Assembly: GCA_041686025.1 (NCBI GenBank)
Contig: JAWLEP010000014.1
Coordinates: 11,768 to 63,727, forward strand
From: Candidatus Fermentibacteraceae bacterium
Lineage (GTDB): Bacteria; Fermentibacterota; Fermentibacteria; Fermentibacterales; JCC-6
Direction of reading: 5' to 3'
Length of the DNA: 51,960 nucleotides
The stretch's first letter is position 1. Each line of letters opens with the position of its first letter. This document shows positions 36,365-45,405 of this stretch, in pieces. The position numbers were made by a program, and so were the translations under genes. The notes under the pieces were generated by a model, which ran no database searches, had not been told where the DNA came from, and was given only the letters and a program-made list of their open reading frames with translations.

Positions 36365-37788
36365 CCTCGGCGAAGACGGTTCAGTCGCTGCTGAAGAGGC
36401 TATCCTCGACGGACATCGAGGAGGTCGACATACGGTTCACCGACGTTCTGGGATACTGGAGACACGTGACCATTCCCACCCGCAGCGTGGGAAGGAAGCT
36501 CTTCTCGCAGGGAATCGGCTTCGATGGCTCCACCCTGGCGGCAATGACCCCCACCGAGGCCGGCGACCTCTCCGTGGTCCCCGACCCCAGGCGCGTCTAC
36601 CGTGATCCCTTCACCCGGCGGCCCACCCTGGTGATGCTGGCCGACATAGTCTACCCCGAGACCGGCAGGCCCTTCTCCCGGGACCCCCGGGGCGTGGCCC
36701 GGAAGGCCGAGGAGCTCCTGAAGAGCCGCGGCGTGGCCACCGAGAGCCTGTGGGCGCCGGAGTTCGAGTTCTACCTCCTGGACAGGGCCTCGTTCTGGCA
36801 GGAGAAGGGGAGCAGCGGCTACCGGCTTTCTAGCATGGAGGACCCCGCCGGCGCAGCCGACCCCGACCGCATGGGCCTGGTGCACCCCACCGAAAGCGGC
36901 TACCACGCCGCCACCCCGGTGGACAGCCTGCACGACGTCCGGGCGGAGATAGCGGGCCTGATGAACGAGGCAGGCATCCGGCTGAAGTACCACCATCACG
37001 AGGTGGGGCAGATGGGTCAGTCGGAGGTGGAGGTGAAGTTCGCCCCCTTCCTCAGCGCCGCCGACAACGTGATGATCGCCAAGCACCTTATCCGCGGGGT
37101 GGCCCTCCGCTACGGCCTGGCCTCCACCTTCATGCCCAAGCCCATGGCCGGGGAGCCGGGCAATGGGATGCACTACCACCTGTTCTTCCAGAAGGGGGAC
37201 GAGCACGTCTTCTACGACGGGGACGGCTACTGCTGCCTCAGCCCGGTTGCCAGAAGCGCCATAGCCGGAATGCTGCACCACGCCCCGGCCCTGTGCGCCT
37301 TCACCAACGCCAGCACCAACAGCTACCGCCGGCTGCAGCCCAACCAGGAGGCGCCGGTCTACCGGTTCTTCTCCGGCGCCAACCGCAGCGCGGCGGTGAG
37401 GGTGCCGGCCTACGCCCGCTCCCCGGAGTCCATGCGGTTCGAGTACCGGGTGCCGGACGCCACCGGCAACCCCTACCTGTCCATGGCCGCCATGCTCATG
37501 GCCGCCATCGACGGGGTGAAGCGGAAGATGGTCCCCGAGGAGATGGGCTTCGGGCCCATAGACGAGAACGTCTTCGCGCCGGAGTACGACAGCTCGGGGC
37601 TGCCCATGCTGCCCCGGACGCTGGACGAGGCGCTGGACGCCCTGGAGAGGGACAGGGACTTCCTGCAGAAGGGCGACGTGTTCGCCCCGGACCTGGTGGA
37701 CGCATACCTGGAGGCCAAGCGGGAGGAGACCCGGCGGTTCAGGGGCGCGCCCCATCCGCTGGAGCACGTCCTCTACTTCGGCCTGTAG
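36361..37788 (+). CDS. glnA: Glutamine synthetase type I
   Basis: FDGS, EFEFY, HHHEVG, TFMPKP, GNGMHYH, NSYRRL, NRSAAVRVP, RFEYR. Confidence 0.95.
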   Translation: MTSAKTVQSLLKRLSSTDIEEVDIRFTDVLGYWRHVTIPTRSVGRKLFSQGIGFDGSTLAAMTPTEAGDLSVVPDPRRVYRDPFTRRPTLVMLADIVYPETGRPFSRDPRGVARKAEELLKSRGVATESLWAPEFEFYLLDRASFWQEKGSSGYRLSSMEDPAGAADPDRMGLVHPTESGYHAATPVDSLHDVRAEIAGLMNEAGIRLKYHHHEVGQMGQSEVEVKFAPFLSAADNVMIAKHLIRGVALRYGLASTFMPKPMAGEPGNGMHYHLFFQKGDEHVFYDGDGYCCLSPVARSAIAGMLHHAPALCAFTNASTNSYRRLQPNQEAPVYRFFSGANRSAAVRVPAYARSPESMRFEYRVPDATGNPYLSMAAMLMAAIDGVKRKMVPEEMGFGPIDENVFAPEYDSSGLPMLPRTLDEALDALERDRDFLQKGDVFAPDLVDAYLEAKREETRRFRGAPHPLEHVLYFGL

Positions 37789-37801
37789 AGAGGAAGGCAA
37801 G

Positions 37802-38950
37802 ATGAGAGAGTACATGGCCGCCCTGGCAGGGGCAGCGCTCCTGGCGCTGGCCTGCGGAGGCGGAGACGAGGGCCCCCGGCCCGCCGAGGGCGGGGGAGAC
37901 GGCCAGCGGGTGTATCCCGATCTGGACGCGCTGGAGTACGACGTCACCCTGGCGGTGGTGGACAGCATAGGCGTGGAGCTGGGGGACAGCAACTACGTCT
38001 TCGGCCAGCCCGCTACCGCGGACTTCACCCCGGCAGGCGACATCGCCGTGCTGGACATGCAGCTCTTCGAGGTACGCATCTACGACGGCGAGGGGGAGTT
38101 CCTCCGCAGCTTCGGCCGTCAGGGCAGCGGCCCCGGCGAGTTCCAGATGGCGTCCATGCTGGACGTGGCTCCGGACGGGCGGATCGTGGTCTGCGACGCC
38201 ATGGGGCAGAAGCTGGTCTACTTCGGCCCCGACGGCGAGTACCGGGACGCCCTGGAGGGGTTCTTCCCGGCCCCCCCGGTTATGATCGACGCCCTGGACA
38301 GCGCCGTGGTGGGCATCCAGCCGGCATTCGAGCAGACCGAGGACGGGGTCTTCAGCGGAATGGCCCTCCGCCGCTGGGAGGAAGGGGTCACCCCGGTGGT
38401 TACCTACCACCAGGACCTCAAGGCCTTCGACCCCGAGAACATGATGACCGACATGATGGAGGACATGATGGTCTTCGAGGCCGCTCCCGACGGGCGGGTC
38501 TTCCGGTCCTCCATAGGCTCTGCGAGGTTCGTGCTGGTGGGCTACGAGCCCGACGGCACCGAGTTCCTCCGAATCGAGGAAGGGATCGAGCCGGTAGCAA
38601 AGACCGAGGAGGAGCTGGCCGAGGAGATTGAGCTGATGCGCAGCCGCTTCGCCCAGGGCGGCGCCCCTCCGGAGATGATCGAAGGCTACCAGCCGCAGCC
38701 CGACAGGCCCTCGGTGGCCGGCCTGCTACTCGACGACCAAGGCCTGCTGTGGGTGCAGCTGGGCACCACCGAGACGCCCACCTTCTTCGTCCTCGACCAG
38801 TCCGGGCAGCGACGGCTCATCGCCGGCCTGGACTACCCCGGCGACGCCAGCAACTGGAGCTTCAGCGCCATGCAGGGCGGGCGGATGCTGGCCGTTGACG
38901 TCAACGCTGCGGTCTACCCCAAGGTCTACATACTGGAGGTGCAGGAGTAG
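37802..38950 (+). CDS. 6-bladed beta-propeller (NHL-like) lipoprotein
   Basis: Lipobox LALAC; IGVELGDSNYVFG, FGRQGSGPGEF and repeated xPDGR blades. Confidence 0.8.
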   Translation: MREYMAALAGAALLALACGGGDEGPRPAEGGGDGQRVYPDLDALEYDVTLAVVDSIGVELGDSNYVFGQPATADFTPAGDIAVLDMQLFEVRIYDGEGEFLRSFGRQGSGPGEFQMASMLDVAPDGRIVVCDAMGQKLVYFGPDGEYRDALEGFFPAPPVMIDALDSAVVGIQPAFEQTEDGVFSGMALRRWEEGVTPVVTYHQDLKAFDPENMMTDMMEDMMVFEAAPDGRVFRSSIGSARFVLVGYEPDGTEFLRIEEGIEPVAKTEEELAEEIELMRSRFAQGGAPPEMIEGYQPQPDRPSVAGLLLDDQGLLWVQLGTTETPTFFVLDQSGQRRLIAGLDYPGDASNWSFSAMQGGRMLAVDVNAAVYPKVYILEVQE

Positions 38951-38974
38951 GCCCGAAGGCGCACGACAAAGCAG

Positions 38975-38997
38975 AGGGGCCCTTCGGGGCCCCTTTC
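38975..38997. terminator. Hairpin terminator between convergent genes
   Basis: AGGGGCCC-TTCG-GGGCCCCT followed by TT. Confidence 0.7.
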
Positions 38998-38998
38998 C

Positions 38999-39661
38999 CT
39001 ACGCCGGGGGGAAGAGCAGGGCCCTGACCGGCGCCCCGTCGCCGCGCTCCAGCCGCAGCGGCAGGCAGACCAGGACGTAGCCGCCGGGCTCGACTCCGCC
39101 CAGCATCAGGTCCTCCACTATCGGTATCCCGGCCCCCAGTAGGGTCCGGTGCGCCGCCTCCCCCGACGGGGGGTCCACCGACAGGCAGTCGGTTCCCACC
39201 AGGGCCGCCCCTCCGTCCCGCAGCAGCTCCGCCGCCTCCGGCTGCAGATGGGGATAGCCGGGCCTGAACCGGTCCCGGGGAAGCGCCGAGCCCCGCGTCC
39301 GCAGCAGCACGGCCCGTCCGGACAGCTCCGCCTCCGCCAGGTCCTCCGGCCCCACCGTCTGTCCGGGGCAGAGGACTACGGTGGCGGGGAGCACCAGCCG
39401 CCGCAGGGGGATCCGGTCCACGGTGGCCCCGTCCTCCATCAGGTGCGCCGGGGCGTCCATGTGGGTGCCGGTATGGCTGGTCATCCGCACCGTGGTGACC
39501 CGCCAGCCTTCGCTGCGACGGCGGTCCAGCGACAGGGGAGGGGCTCCCGGCCAGGCCAGCGTCTCCCGGCCCAGGGGCCGGGTTACGTCGATGGCGCCGG
39601 CGGGGTCGAGCAGCAGGGGCCCGGACGCTTCCGCGCCCGGGCCCTCTTTTGCAGCGGTCAA
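38999..39661 (-). CDS. Cyclase family metallohydrolase (kynurenine formamidase-like)
   Basis: SHTGTHMDAPAH, GTDCLSVD, PIVEDL, GDGAPVRA; the TTG 39661 start is uncertain. Confidence 0.85.
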   Translation of the reverse strand: MTAAKEGPGAEASGPLLLDPAGAIDVTRPLGRETLAWPGAPPLSLDRRRSEGWRVTTVRMTSHTGTHMDAPAHLMEDGATVDRIPLRRLVLPATVVLCPGQTVGPEDLAEAELSGRAVLLRTRGSALPRDRFRPGYPHLQPEAAELLRDGGAALVGTDCLSVDPPSGEAAHRTLLGAGIPIVEDLMLGGVEPGGYVLVCLPLRLERGDGAPVRALLFPPA

Positions 39662-39666
39662 ATCGC

Positions 39667-41331
39667 CTATATGCGCGCGGAGCCGGGTGTGGGGGCTGCC
39701 GGCGGCTCGTCCGCCGGAGGCTCCTCCGGCTCGGGCATCTCGCCGGTCTCCGCCCGGCTGGCTCCGGGCGTGTGCTCCGCCCGGACCCTGATCCTGCCCT
39801 CGCCCCCACCGTAGGTGGTGACGTGCAGGGTCCACTCGCCGGTGTCCTCGGGGCCCACCTGCACCTCCAGGCGGGAGTTGAAGTCCTCGCCGCCGTCGTC
39901 GTTGCTGTACCCGGCCCCTTCCGGGCTCCAGAGGTCGATGTAGGGGTCTATGTCGGCGGTGACCGCGTCGGCGGTGACCACCAGCTCCCCGGGCCCGTCC
40001 ACCTCGAAGGTGTAGTAGACGTCGGTGGTCTCGTAGGTGAACGCGGCCTCCACCGCCCTGCCCGGCCGCAGACTGCGCATCTCCTCCTGGGCCGGCTGCC
40101 AGCTGAAGCCCAGCTCGCCATCGGGGAGGCCTCCGGAGTAGGAGCTCACCAGGGCCACGTACTCGCCGGCGGGCAGCATGACCACCATCCTGGAGTCTGT
40201 CCCTGTCCCCGAGCCGTCGTCGTCGTACTCCATCAAAACCGGGGCCTCGGTGCCAGCGTCCCAGAGGGAGAGGACCACGTCATCCATCTCGGAGAAGCCG
40301 TCCAGCTGGTAGATGCCGGTCTCCTCCACGGTGAACTCGAAGGCGGCCACGGGGCTGAACGGGTTGAGGCCGGGGACGTAGAATTCCCCGCCGCCGGTGT
40401 AGGCGTAGGCGATGGGGGTCTGCCCCGTAACCTCCACGCTGTAGCTGACTCCCGGCTCTTCCGCCGGCACGGGATCCGGCTCCAGCAGCTCCTCTTCCAG
40501 TGTCTCCACCTCAAGCAGGTAGTCGCCGCTCTCGGCGTCTGTGTAGCTGAGGACCACCGCCAGGTAGTCGCCGGCCTCCAGCTCGCTCATCAGGGCGGAG
40601 TTCGTGTTGTTCCCGCCATCGTCGTCGTAATCGATGAACCGCAGGTCGTCTCCGTCCACCCCCAGCAGCACCAGGTAGGTGTCGAAGTCGTCCGACTCCA
40701 CCGTAACCTTCACCGGGCCGTCGGCATCCAGGCCGAAGCCGTGCACGGAGGCGTTGGCGAAGTCCTTGTCGTAGACGTGGTCCTCCAGAACGTCCTCCAG
40801 CACCTCCTCCAGCAGGTCGTCGTCCTTTTCGTCGGACTTGTAGCCCTCCAGGACGCCGTCTGCGAGGTCGCAGGCCAGGGCGAACTCCTCCAGGTCCTCA
40901 TCGGAGGCCACGGTGCATTCCAGCTCGAACTCCCCGTCGTCGCCGTCTGCGGCGAACAGCATCAGCGTAGCGCCCCCGGGCACGCTCGCCAGGGCGACCA
41001 ACGATTCCTCCAGGTCTCCGTCCCAGTCGTCGCAGAGGGCCAGGACCTCCCCGTCCTCTCCGTAGACGGCCAGCACCGGGTCGAAGTCGTCGCTCTCCAC
41101 CTCCACCAGCACCGCTCCGTCGCCGGAGAGCTTCCAGGTCATGCAGGGCCAGTCGTCCTCCACGGGACGTCCCGCCGCCAGCAGCTCCTCCTCGGCGTCG
41201 TCCCACTCGTCACCGATCTCTGCGGCGTCGGACCCTATCTCCCCCTCCACCTCGGAGTCGGGGGAGAGGCCTCCTCCGCAGCCGGCCGCCAGCAGCGCGG
41301 CGGCCATCAGCAGTATCAGCTTCCGTATCAT
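39667..41331 (-). CDS. Acidic lipoprotein with tandem PPC (pre-peptidase C-terminal)-like domains
   Basis: MIRKLILL...AAGC lipobox; four repeats of D(P/T/V)xLxL...(C/D/N)DD.G...(N/D)SxL...GxY/W. Confidence 0.75.
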   Translation of the reverse strand: MIRKLILLMAAALLAAGCGGGLSPDSEVEGEIGSDAAEIGDEWDDAEEELLAAGRPVEDDWPCMTWKLSGDGAVLVEVESDDFDPVLAVYGEDGEVLALCDDWDGDLEESLVALASVPGGATLMLFAADGDDGEFELECTVASDEDLEEFALACDLADGVLEGYKSDEKDDDLLEEVLEDVLEDHVYDKDFANASVHGFGLDADGPVKVTVESDDFDTYLVLLGVDGDDLRFIDYDDDGGNNTNSALMSELEAGDYLAVVLSYTDAESGDYLLEVETLEEELLEPDPVPAEEPGVSYSVEVTGQTPIAYAYTGGGEFYVPGLNPFSPVAAFEFTVEETGIYQLDGFSEMDDVVLSLWDAGTEAPVLMEYDDDGSGTGTDSRMVVMLPAGEYVALVSSYSGGLPDGELGFSWQPAQEEMRSLRPGRAVEAAFTYETTDVYYTFEVDGPGELVVTADAVTADIDPYIDLWSPEGAGYSNDDGGEDFNSRLEVQVGPEDTGEWTLHVTTYGGGEGRIRVRAEHTPGASRAETGEMPEPEEPPADEPPAAPTPGSARI

Positions 41332-41359
41332 GCCGTCACCTTTCTCTCTTGCGTCACCA

Positions 41360-42013
41360 TCACTCACTCGCTTTCGAAGAAGGGCACCAGCCCGCAAAGG
41401 GGCAGGTGCCGCAGTCGGGCATCCTGGGCCGGCACACGTTCTGTCCGTACCTGACGAAGACATGGTTTATTCCGATCCACAGCCCCCGGGGGAAGATCCG
41501 CTCCAGCTCCCTCTCGGTCTCCTCCGGGGTGGCGGTGCTCACCAGCCCCATCCTGTTGGATATGCGATGCACGTGCACGTCGACGCACACCGCCGGCTCC
41601 CCGAAGGCCATCCCCAGGACGTACCCGGCGGTCTTGGGGCCCACCCCGGGCAGGGACAGCAGGCCCTCGCGGGTGGAGGGGACCCTGCCGTCGTGGCGGG
41701 AGAGCAGGATGCGGGCGGTGCGCCGGAGCTGGGCCGCCTTCTGCCGGAAGAAGCCCGCGGGACGCAGCACCTCCTCCAGGCCGGCTTCGTCCATGGCGGC
41801 CAGGGCCTGCGGGTCGGGCGCCCTCTCCAGGAGCCTGCGGGAGACCTTCCGGGTGACCGCGTCCCGGGTCCTGAGGCTCACCACCGTGGACACCAGGACG
41901 GCGTAGGGGTCCCGGCGGCCGGTGCTAACCGGGGCGGGGACGCCCAGCTCGCCCAGCCTCTCCCGCATGGCGCCCAGAAGCTCCGCAGGCGCCGGCGGGG
42001 CGGCGGTGCTCAT
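41360..42013 (-). CDS. nth: Endonuclease III
   Basis: LVSTVVSLRT, LPGVGPKTA (HhH), VDVHVHRISNR, C-x6-C-x2-C-x5-C [4Fe-4S] loop. Confidence 0.92.
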   Translation of the reverse strand: MSTAAPPAPAELLGAMRERLGELGVPAPVSTGRRDPYAVLVSTVVSLRTRDAVTRKVSRRLLERAPDPQALAAMDEAGLEEVLRPAGFFRQKAAQLRRTARILLSRHDGRVPSTREGLLSLPGVGPKTAGYVLGMAFGEPAVCVDVHVHRISNRMGLVSTATPEETERELERIFPRGLWIGINHVFVRYGQNVCRPRMPDCGTCPFAGWCPSSKASE

Positions 42014-43230
42014 TCGTCCCCCCCTCGCTCCACGAAGTCCATGCCGCCCTTTGCCGAAGGGTCCAGGACCAGGGCCAGCCTGCCCTGAAACATCCGCAGG
42101 ATGCTCTCCCCCAGCAGGTCGGCGCGCCAGCCCGTCATTCCCTCCACCCGGCGCAGCTCCTCCATGCTCTGCGGCGGGTCGGCGGCCAGCTCCCTCTGGG
42201 CCGCCTTGGGCAGCAGGAGGGGCCTGGCGATGCCCAGCCGCTCCGCCTCCCGGCTCAGAAAGATCCGCAGCATGTCCCTGCGGGCCGGGCTGCCCCGGCG
42301 GCTGCGGGAGTGGCTGGGAGGGGGAGGGACGTCCTCCGGCGGGTCCTCCAGGGCCCCGGCCACCACCTGCAGGACCTCTTCCCCGTACTTCTGCAGGAAC
42401 CCCGAGGGAATGCCGCGAAGGGTGCTCATGCTCTCCCGGTCCCGGGGGGCCATTCCCGCGATGCGGGCCAGCTGGAAGTCCCGCAGTATCCGCTTGCGGG
42501 GCCGGTCGGACTCCATGGCCCTCTCCTCCCGCCACTTCACCAGGGCCCACAGTACCGGCAGGGAATGCTTCTTCAGCTTTCCCGAGGACCTGGCCCTCCG
42601 GAAGACCTTCTCCAGGTCTACGCCGTACCTGTCCGGGTCGCAGAGGTCCCGGGCCTCGCTCTGGAACCAGGCCAGGCGTCCGCTCTGCTCCAGCCTGTCC
42701 CGCAGCTTGCCGTAGAGCTCCAGCAGCCAGCGCACGTCGTCCAGGGCGTACTCCACCTGCTTGCGGGCCAGGGGGCGGGCCGACCAGTCGCTGAGGCTGA
42801 ACCGCTTCTTCGGCGAGATGCCGCACACCTCGCGCAGCAGCTTGCCCAGGCTGCACTGCTGGCCGTAGCCCAGGAAGGCGGCGGCCAGCTGGGTGTCGAA
42901 GACGTTGGTCAGGCACCCGCCCACCTCCCGGTTGATTATTCCGATGTCGTTGGCGGCGGAGTGGATCACCTTCACCGTTCGCGGGTCGGCCATCACCGCC
43001 GCCAGCGGGGAGAGGTCCTCCAGGGCCAGGGGGTCCAGCACCGCCGGGCCTTCACTGTCGGCCACCTGCACCAGGAAGAGCTCGGGCCAGTAGCGCTTCT
43101 CGCCGTGGAACTCGGTGTCCACGGCGATGGCGGGCTGGCCGGAGAGCCTGTCCACCAGGACCTGCAGCTTCCCGGCGTCGTCTATCATCGCCAGCTCGGT
43201 GTCGGCCCCCCGGGGCCTCTCCCTCTTCAT
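42010..43230 (-). CDS. rnd: Ribonuclease D
   Basis: AVDTEF, KVIHSA, FDTQLAA, SDWSARPL, YALDDV; HRDC domain. Confidence 0.92.
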   Translation of the reverse strand: MKRERPRGADTELAMIDDAGKLQVLVDRLSGQPAIAVDTEFHGEKRYWPELFLVQVADSEGPAVLDPLALEDLSPLAAVMADPRTVKVIHSAANDIGIINREVGGCLTNVFDTQLAAAFLGYGQQCSLGKLLREVCGISPKKRFSLSDWSARPLARKQVEYALDDVRWLLELYGKLRDRLEQSGRLAWFQSEARDLCDPDRYGVDLEKVFRRARSSGKLKKHSLPVLWALVKWREERAMESDRPRKRILRDFQLARIAGMAPRDRESMSTLRGIPSGFLQKYGEEVLQVVAGALEDPPEDVPPPPSHSRSRRGSPARRDMLRIFLSREAERLGIARPLLLPKAAQRELAADPPQSMEELRRVEGMTGWRADLLGESILRMFQGRLALVLDPSAKGGMDFVERGGDE

Positions 43231-44018
43231 GGCGCCGCCGGTATCGGGGTGGTCTGGTCATGGAAGGGGCAGTAGACGGTGGAGTCGGGGAGCAGCCGGT
43301 AGTGGACCGTGGCGTCCGCCGGGCAGGTGTAGCCCACCCTCTCCCGGGGGGACAGGTCCAGGCCCTGGTACATGGCCCCGAACCCCGCTGGCAGGCTGTC
43401 GTGGGCGGCCAGGTAGGAGCCGGCCAGAACCGCGAGGCTGTCCCTGCGGGCCGAGCAGGCGTCGGTGCTGAGCACCACCCCGCCGCCCAGGTGGCCGGCG
43501 GGACAGACCAGGCGGCCGCCGTCGGGAGAGATCCCGTAGGGGGCGCCGGTCACCGGACAGCTGAAGTCCTCCGGCGAAGCCCCCTGCAGCACCGCCGGGG
43601 CCACCGTGCCCCTGGCGTAGCCCACGCACATGTCCCCCGCCCTGCCCAGCAGCCCCTCCAGGCGGGAATCGCCGTGGATGGCGGGCCCTTCTCCGTCCAC
43701 CGAGACCCGCAGCATACGGCTGGTGCCCCCGGCGGTTCGGAACCCCACCAGGTAGAGGCCGGCTTCCCGGCCGGAGAGCCGGGCGGCGGGAAGGGGCGTC
43801 TCCGGGGCGATCTCCCCCAGGAGCCGCGGCGATATGGAGCTTCGCAGGCTCGGGGAGAGCATGGCGTGCGCCCGCTGCAGGCTGTCGTCCGCCAGGGCCT
43901 GCAGGTAGGAGCTGCCGGCCTGCCGGACCTGGAGGCCCCTGCTGTGGGGGCGGGCCAGCAGCGCCAGCACCACCGAGGCCGCCAGGAGGGCGGAGGCCGG
44001 CAGCAGCCTGCGGATCAA
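43227..44018 (-). CDS. Membrane-anchored hypothetical protein with two CP...Y...CPxH repeats
   Basis: TTG start overlaps the upstream stop; N-terminal TM; FSCPVTGAPY...VCPAGH and YTCPADATVHY...YCPFH. Confidence 0.65.
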   Translation of the reverse strand: MIRRLLPASALLAASVVLALLARPHSRGLQVRQAGSSYLQALADDSLQRAHAMLSPSLRSSISPRLLGEIAPETPLPAARLSGREAGLYLVGFRTAGGTSRMLRVSVDGEGPAIHGDSRLEGLLGRAGDMCVGYARGTVAPAVLQGASPEDFSCPVTGAPYGISPDGGRLVCPAGHLGGGVVLSTDACSARRDSLAVLAGSYLAAHDSLPAGFGAMYQGLDLSPRERVGYTCPADATVHYRLLPDSTVYCPFHDQTTPIPAAP

Positions 44019-44947
44019 GACCGCCCGCCGGAGGAGATTCCCCCGAAGAGGTCTCCCAGGCCCAGACCGATGCCGGACACCATCAGACCCCATTCCTTGC
44101 CCACGTTCTCCCCGTCGAGCCTGTAGTAGAGGTCGAATCTGAGGGGCATGTCCGAGCGGCTGAGGGAGAAGCCGGCCCGAAGGTCCAGGCTGCTGCGGCC
44201 GGTGTTCTCCAGCCCCGTGGTGCCCTCATTGGTCCGTACGTCGGAGTCCCCTCTGGTTGCGAACTCCAGGCCGCCCCGGAGCTCCAGCTCGGGGTTGGCC
44301 TGAATGGCCAGCAGGCCCTGCAGCCGGACCTCGGTGGCCGGTCTGACGTCGGCGGAGTCCGGAAGGTCCAGCGAGTTGGAGGGGACGGCGCCCCAGCTCC
44401 AGAAGCTGTATCGGATCCCGCCGGTGCCCCGGATGCTGGCGCCTCCGTAGGCCCGGGAGATGGGGGTCTCCACAGTGACGGAGCCGTCCAGGGCCAGGTT
44501 CTGCTCCCCCTCCCGGTAGGAGCCGGACTCCAGGGCACCCTTGAACGGTATCCTGATGGCTCCGCGCAGAAGCACCTGGGGGTCGCGCTCCATCCATCCG
44601 TCGAGACTTACCCAGGCGTTGGGGATTCCTCCCCCTGTGCTGTCGCCGGGTGAGGACAGCAGGAAGTAGGCGGGGAGCAGCGCGCTCACGGTATGGCTGC
44701 TGGTGAGGCCGTAGCGGCCGGTGGCCAGCAGGCGCAGCGAGCTGAAGGCGGAATCCAGCTCGTAGTAGGTGCTCTCACCGGTGGAGTCGGTTCTCCATAC
44801 GCCGCCGGTGGAGAAGTATCCGATGGCCACGTCTCCGTCGGTTCCGGTGGAGGGCAGAACCTCGGTGAGGTTCTCGTGGAAGAGGGGGTCGTAGCAGAGC
44901 GCCGCGGGGACCGCGACGGCCAGAAGCAGCAGAAGCGTCTTTCTCAT
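44015..44947 (-). CDS. Exported, probable outer-membrane beta-barrel hypothetical protein
   Basis: Signal peptide MRKTLLLLLAVAVPAALC; alternating amphipathic beta-strands. Confidence 0.65.
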   Translation of the reverse strand: MRKTLLLLLAVAVPAALCYDPLFHENLTEVLPSTGTDGDVAIGYFSTGGVWRTDSTGESTYYELDSAFSSLRLLATGRYGLTSSHTVSALLPAYFLLSSPGDSTGGGIPNAWVSLDGWMERDPQVLLRGAIRIPFKGALESGSYREGEQNLALDGSVTVETPISRAYGGASIRGTGGIRYSFWSWGAVPSNSLDLPDSADVRPATEVRLQGLLAIQANPELELRGGLEFATRGDSDVRTNEGTTGLENTGRSSLDLRAGFSLSRSDMPLRFDLYYRLDGENVGKEWGLMVSGIGLGLGDLFGGISSGGRS

Positions 44948-44980
44948 TTGGCAGCCTTCCGTAGCAGTATCAGGGCACGG

Positions 44981-45265
44981 TCAATGGCGTATCTGGAACT
45001 CCCCCGCCGGGAACCCGCTGTCCCGGCACGGCTGGCGGCTGACCTCGTCGACCCTGGCGCTCCAGGGCCCCTGGTGGCACAGCCCGGCCAGCCGGTCGAC
45101 ATCATCGGCCTCCCCGGCGGCCACTATCTCCACCCTGCCGTCGGGCAGGTTCCGGACGTAGCCTCCCAGGCCCAGCTCATCCGCCTGGCGGACGGTCCAG
45201 TAGCGGAAACCGACGCCCTGGACCCTGCCGCTTACTAGGAATCGCTCACACTTCATCCGCATCAC
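44981..45265 (-). CDS. acyP: Acylphosphatase
   Basis: VSGRVQGVGFR, GYVRNLPDGRVE, GP..ARV, FQIR. Confidence 0.95.
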   Translation of the reverse strand: MMRMKCERFLVSGRVQGVGFRYWTVRQADELGLGGYVRNLPDGRVEIVAAGEADDVDRLAGLCHQGPWSARVDEVSRQPCRDSGFPAGEFQIRH

Positions 45266-45405
45266 CTCTAGGATAGCAATAGGCTAAGCTGGGGGGAAGA
45301 CGTCAACTTCGCCGCACAGGCCCTGCAGTGGCGGATGTTGACATGGTTGACGCTCTGGTTTCTAGTTGGAGCAAGTACTGTACAATCACCATAAAGGAGG
45401 GGTTC

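Noticed and set aside
41360..42916. 518-aa endonuclease III with a long N-terminal extension
   Set aside because: The extension overlaps rnd in another frame; ATG 42013 overlaps the rnd stop and gives a normal 217-aa Nth.
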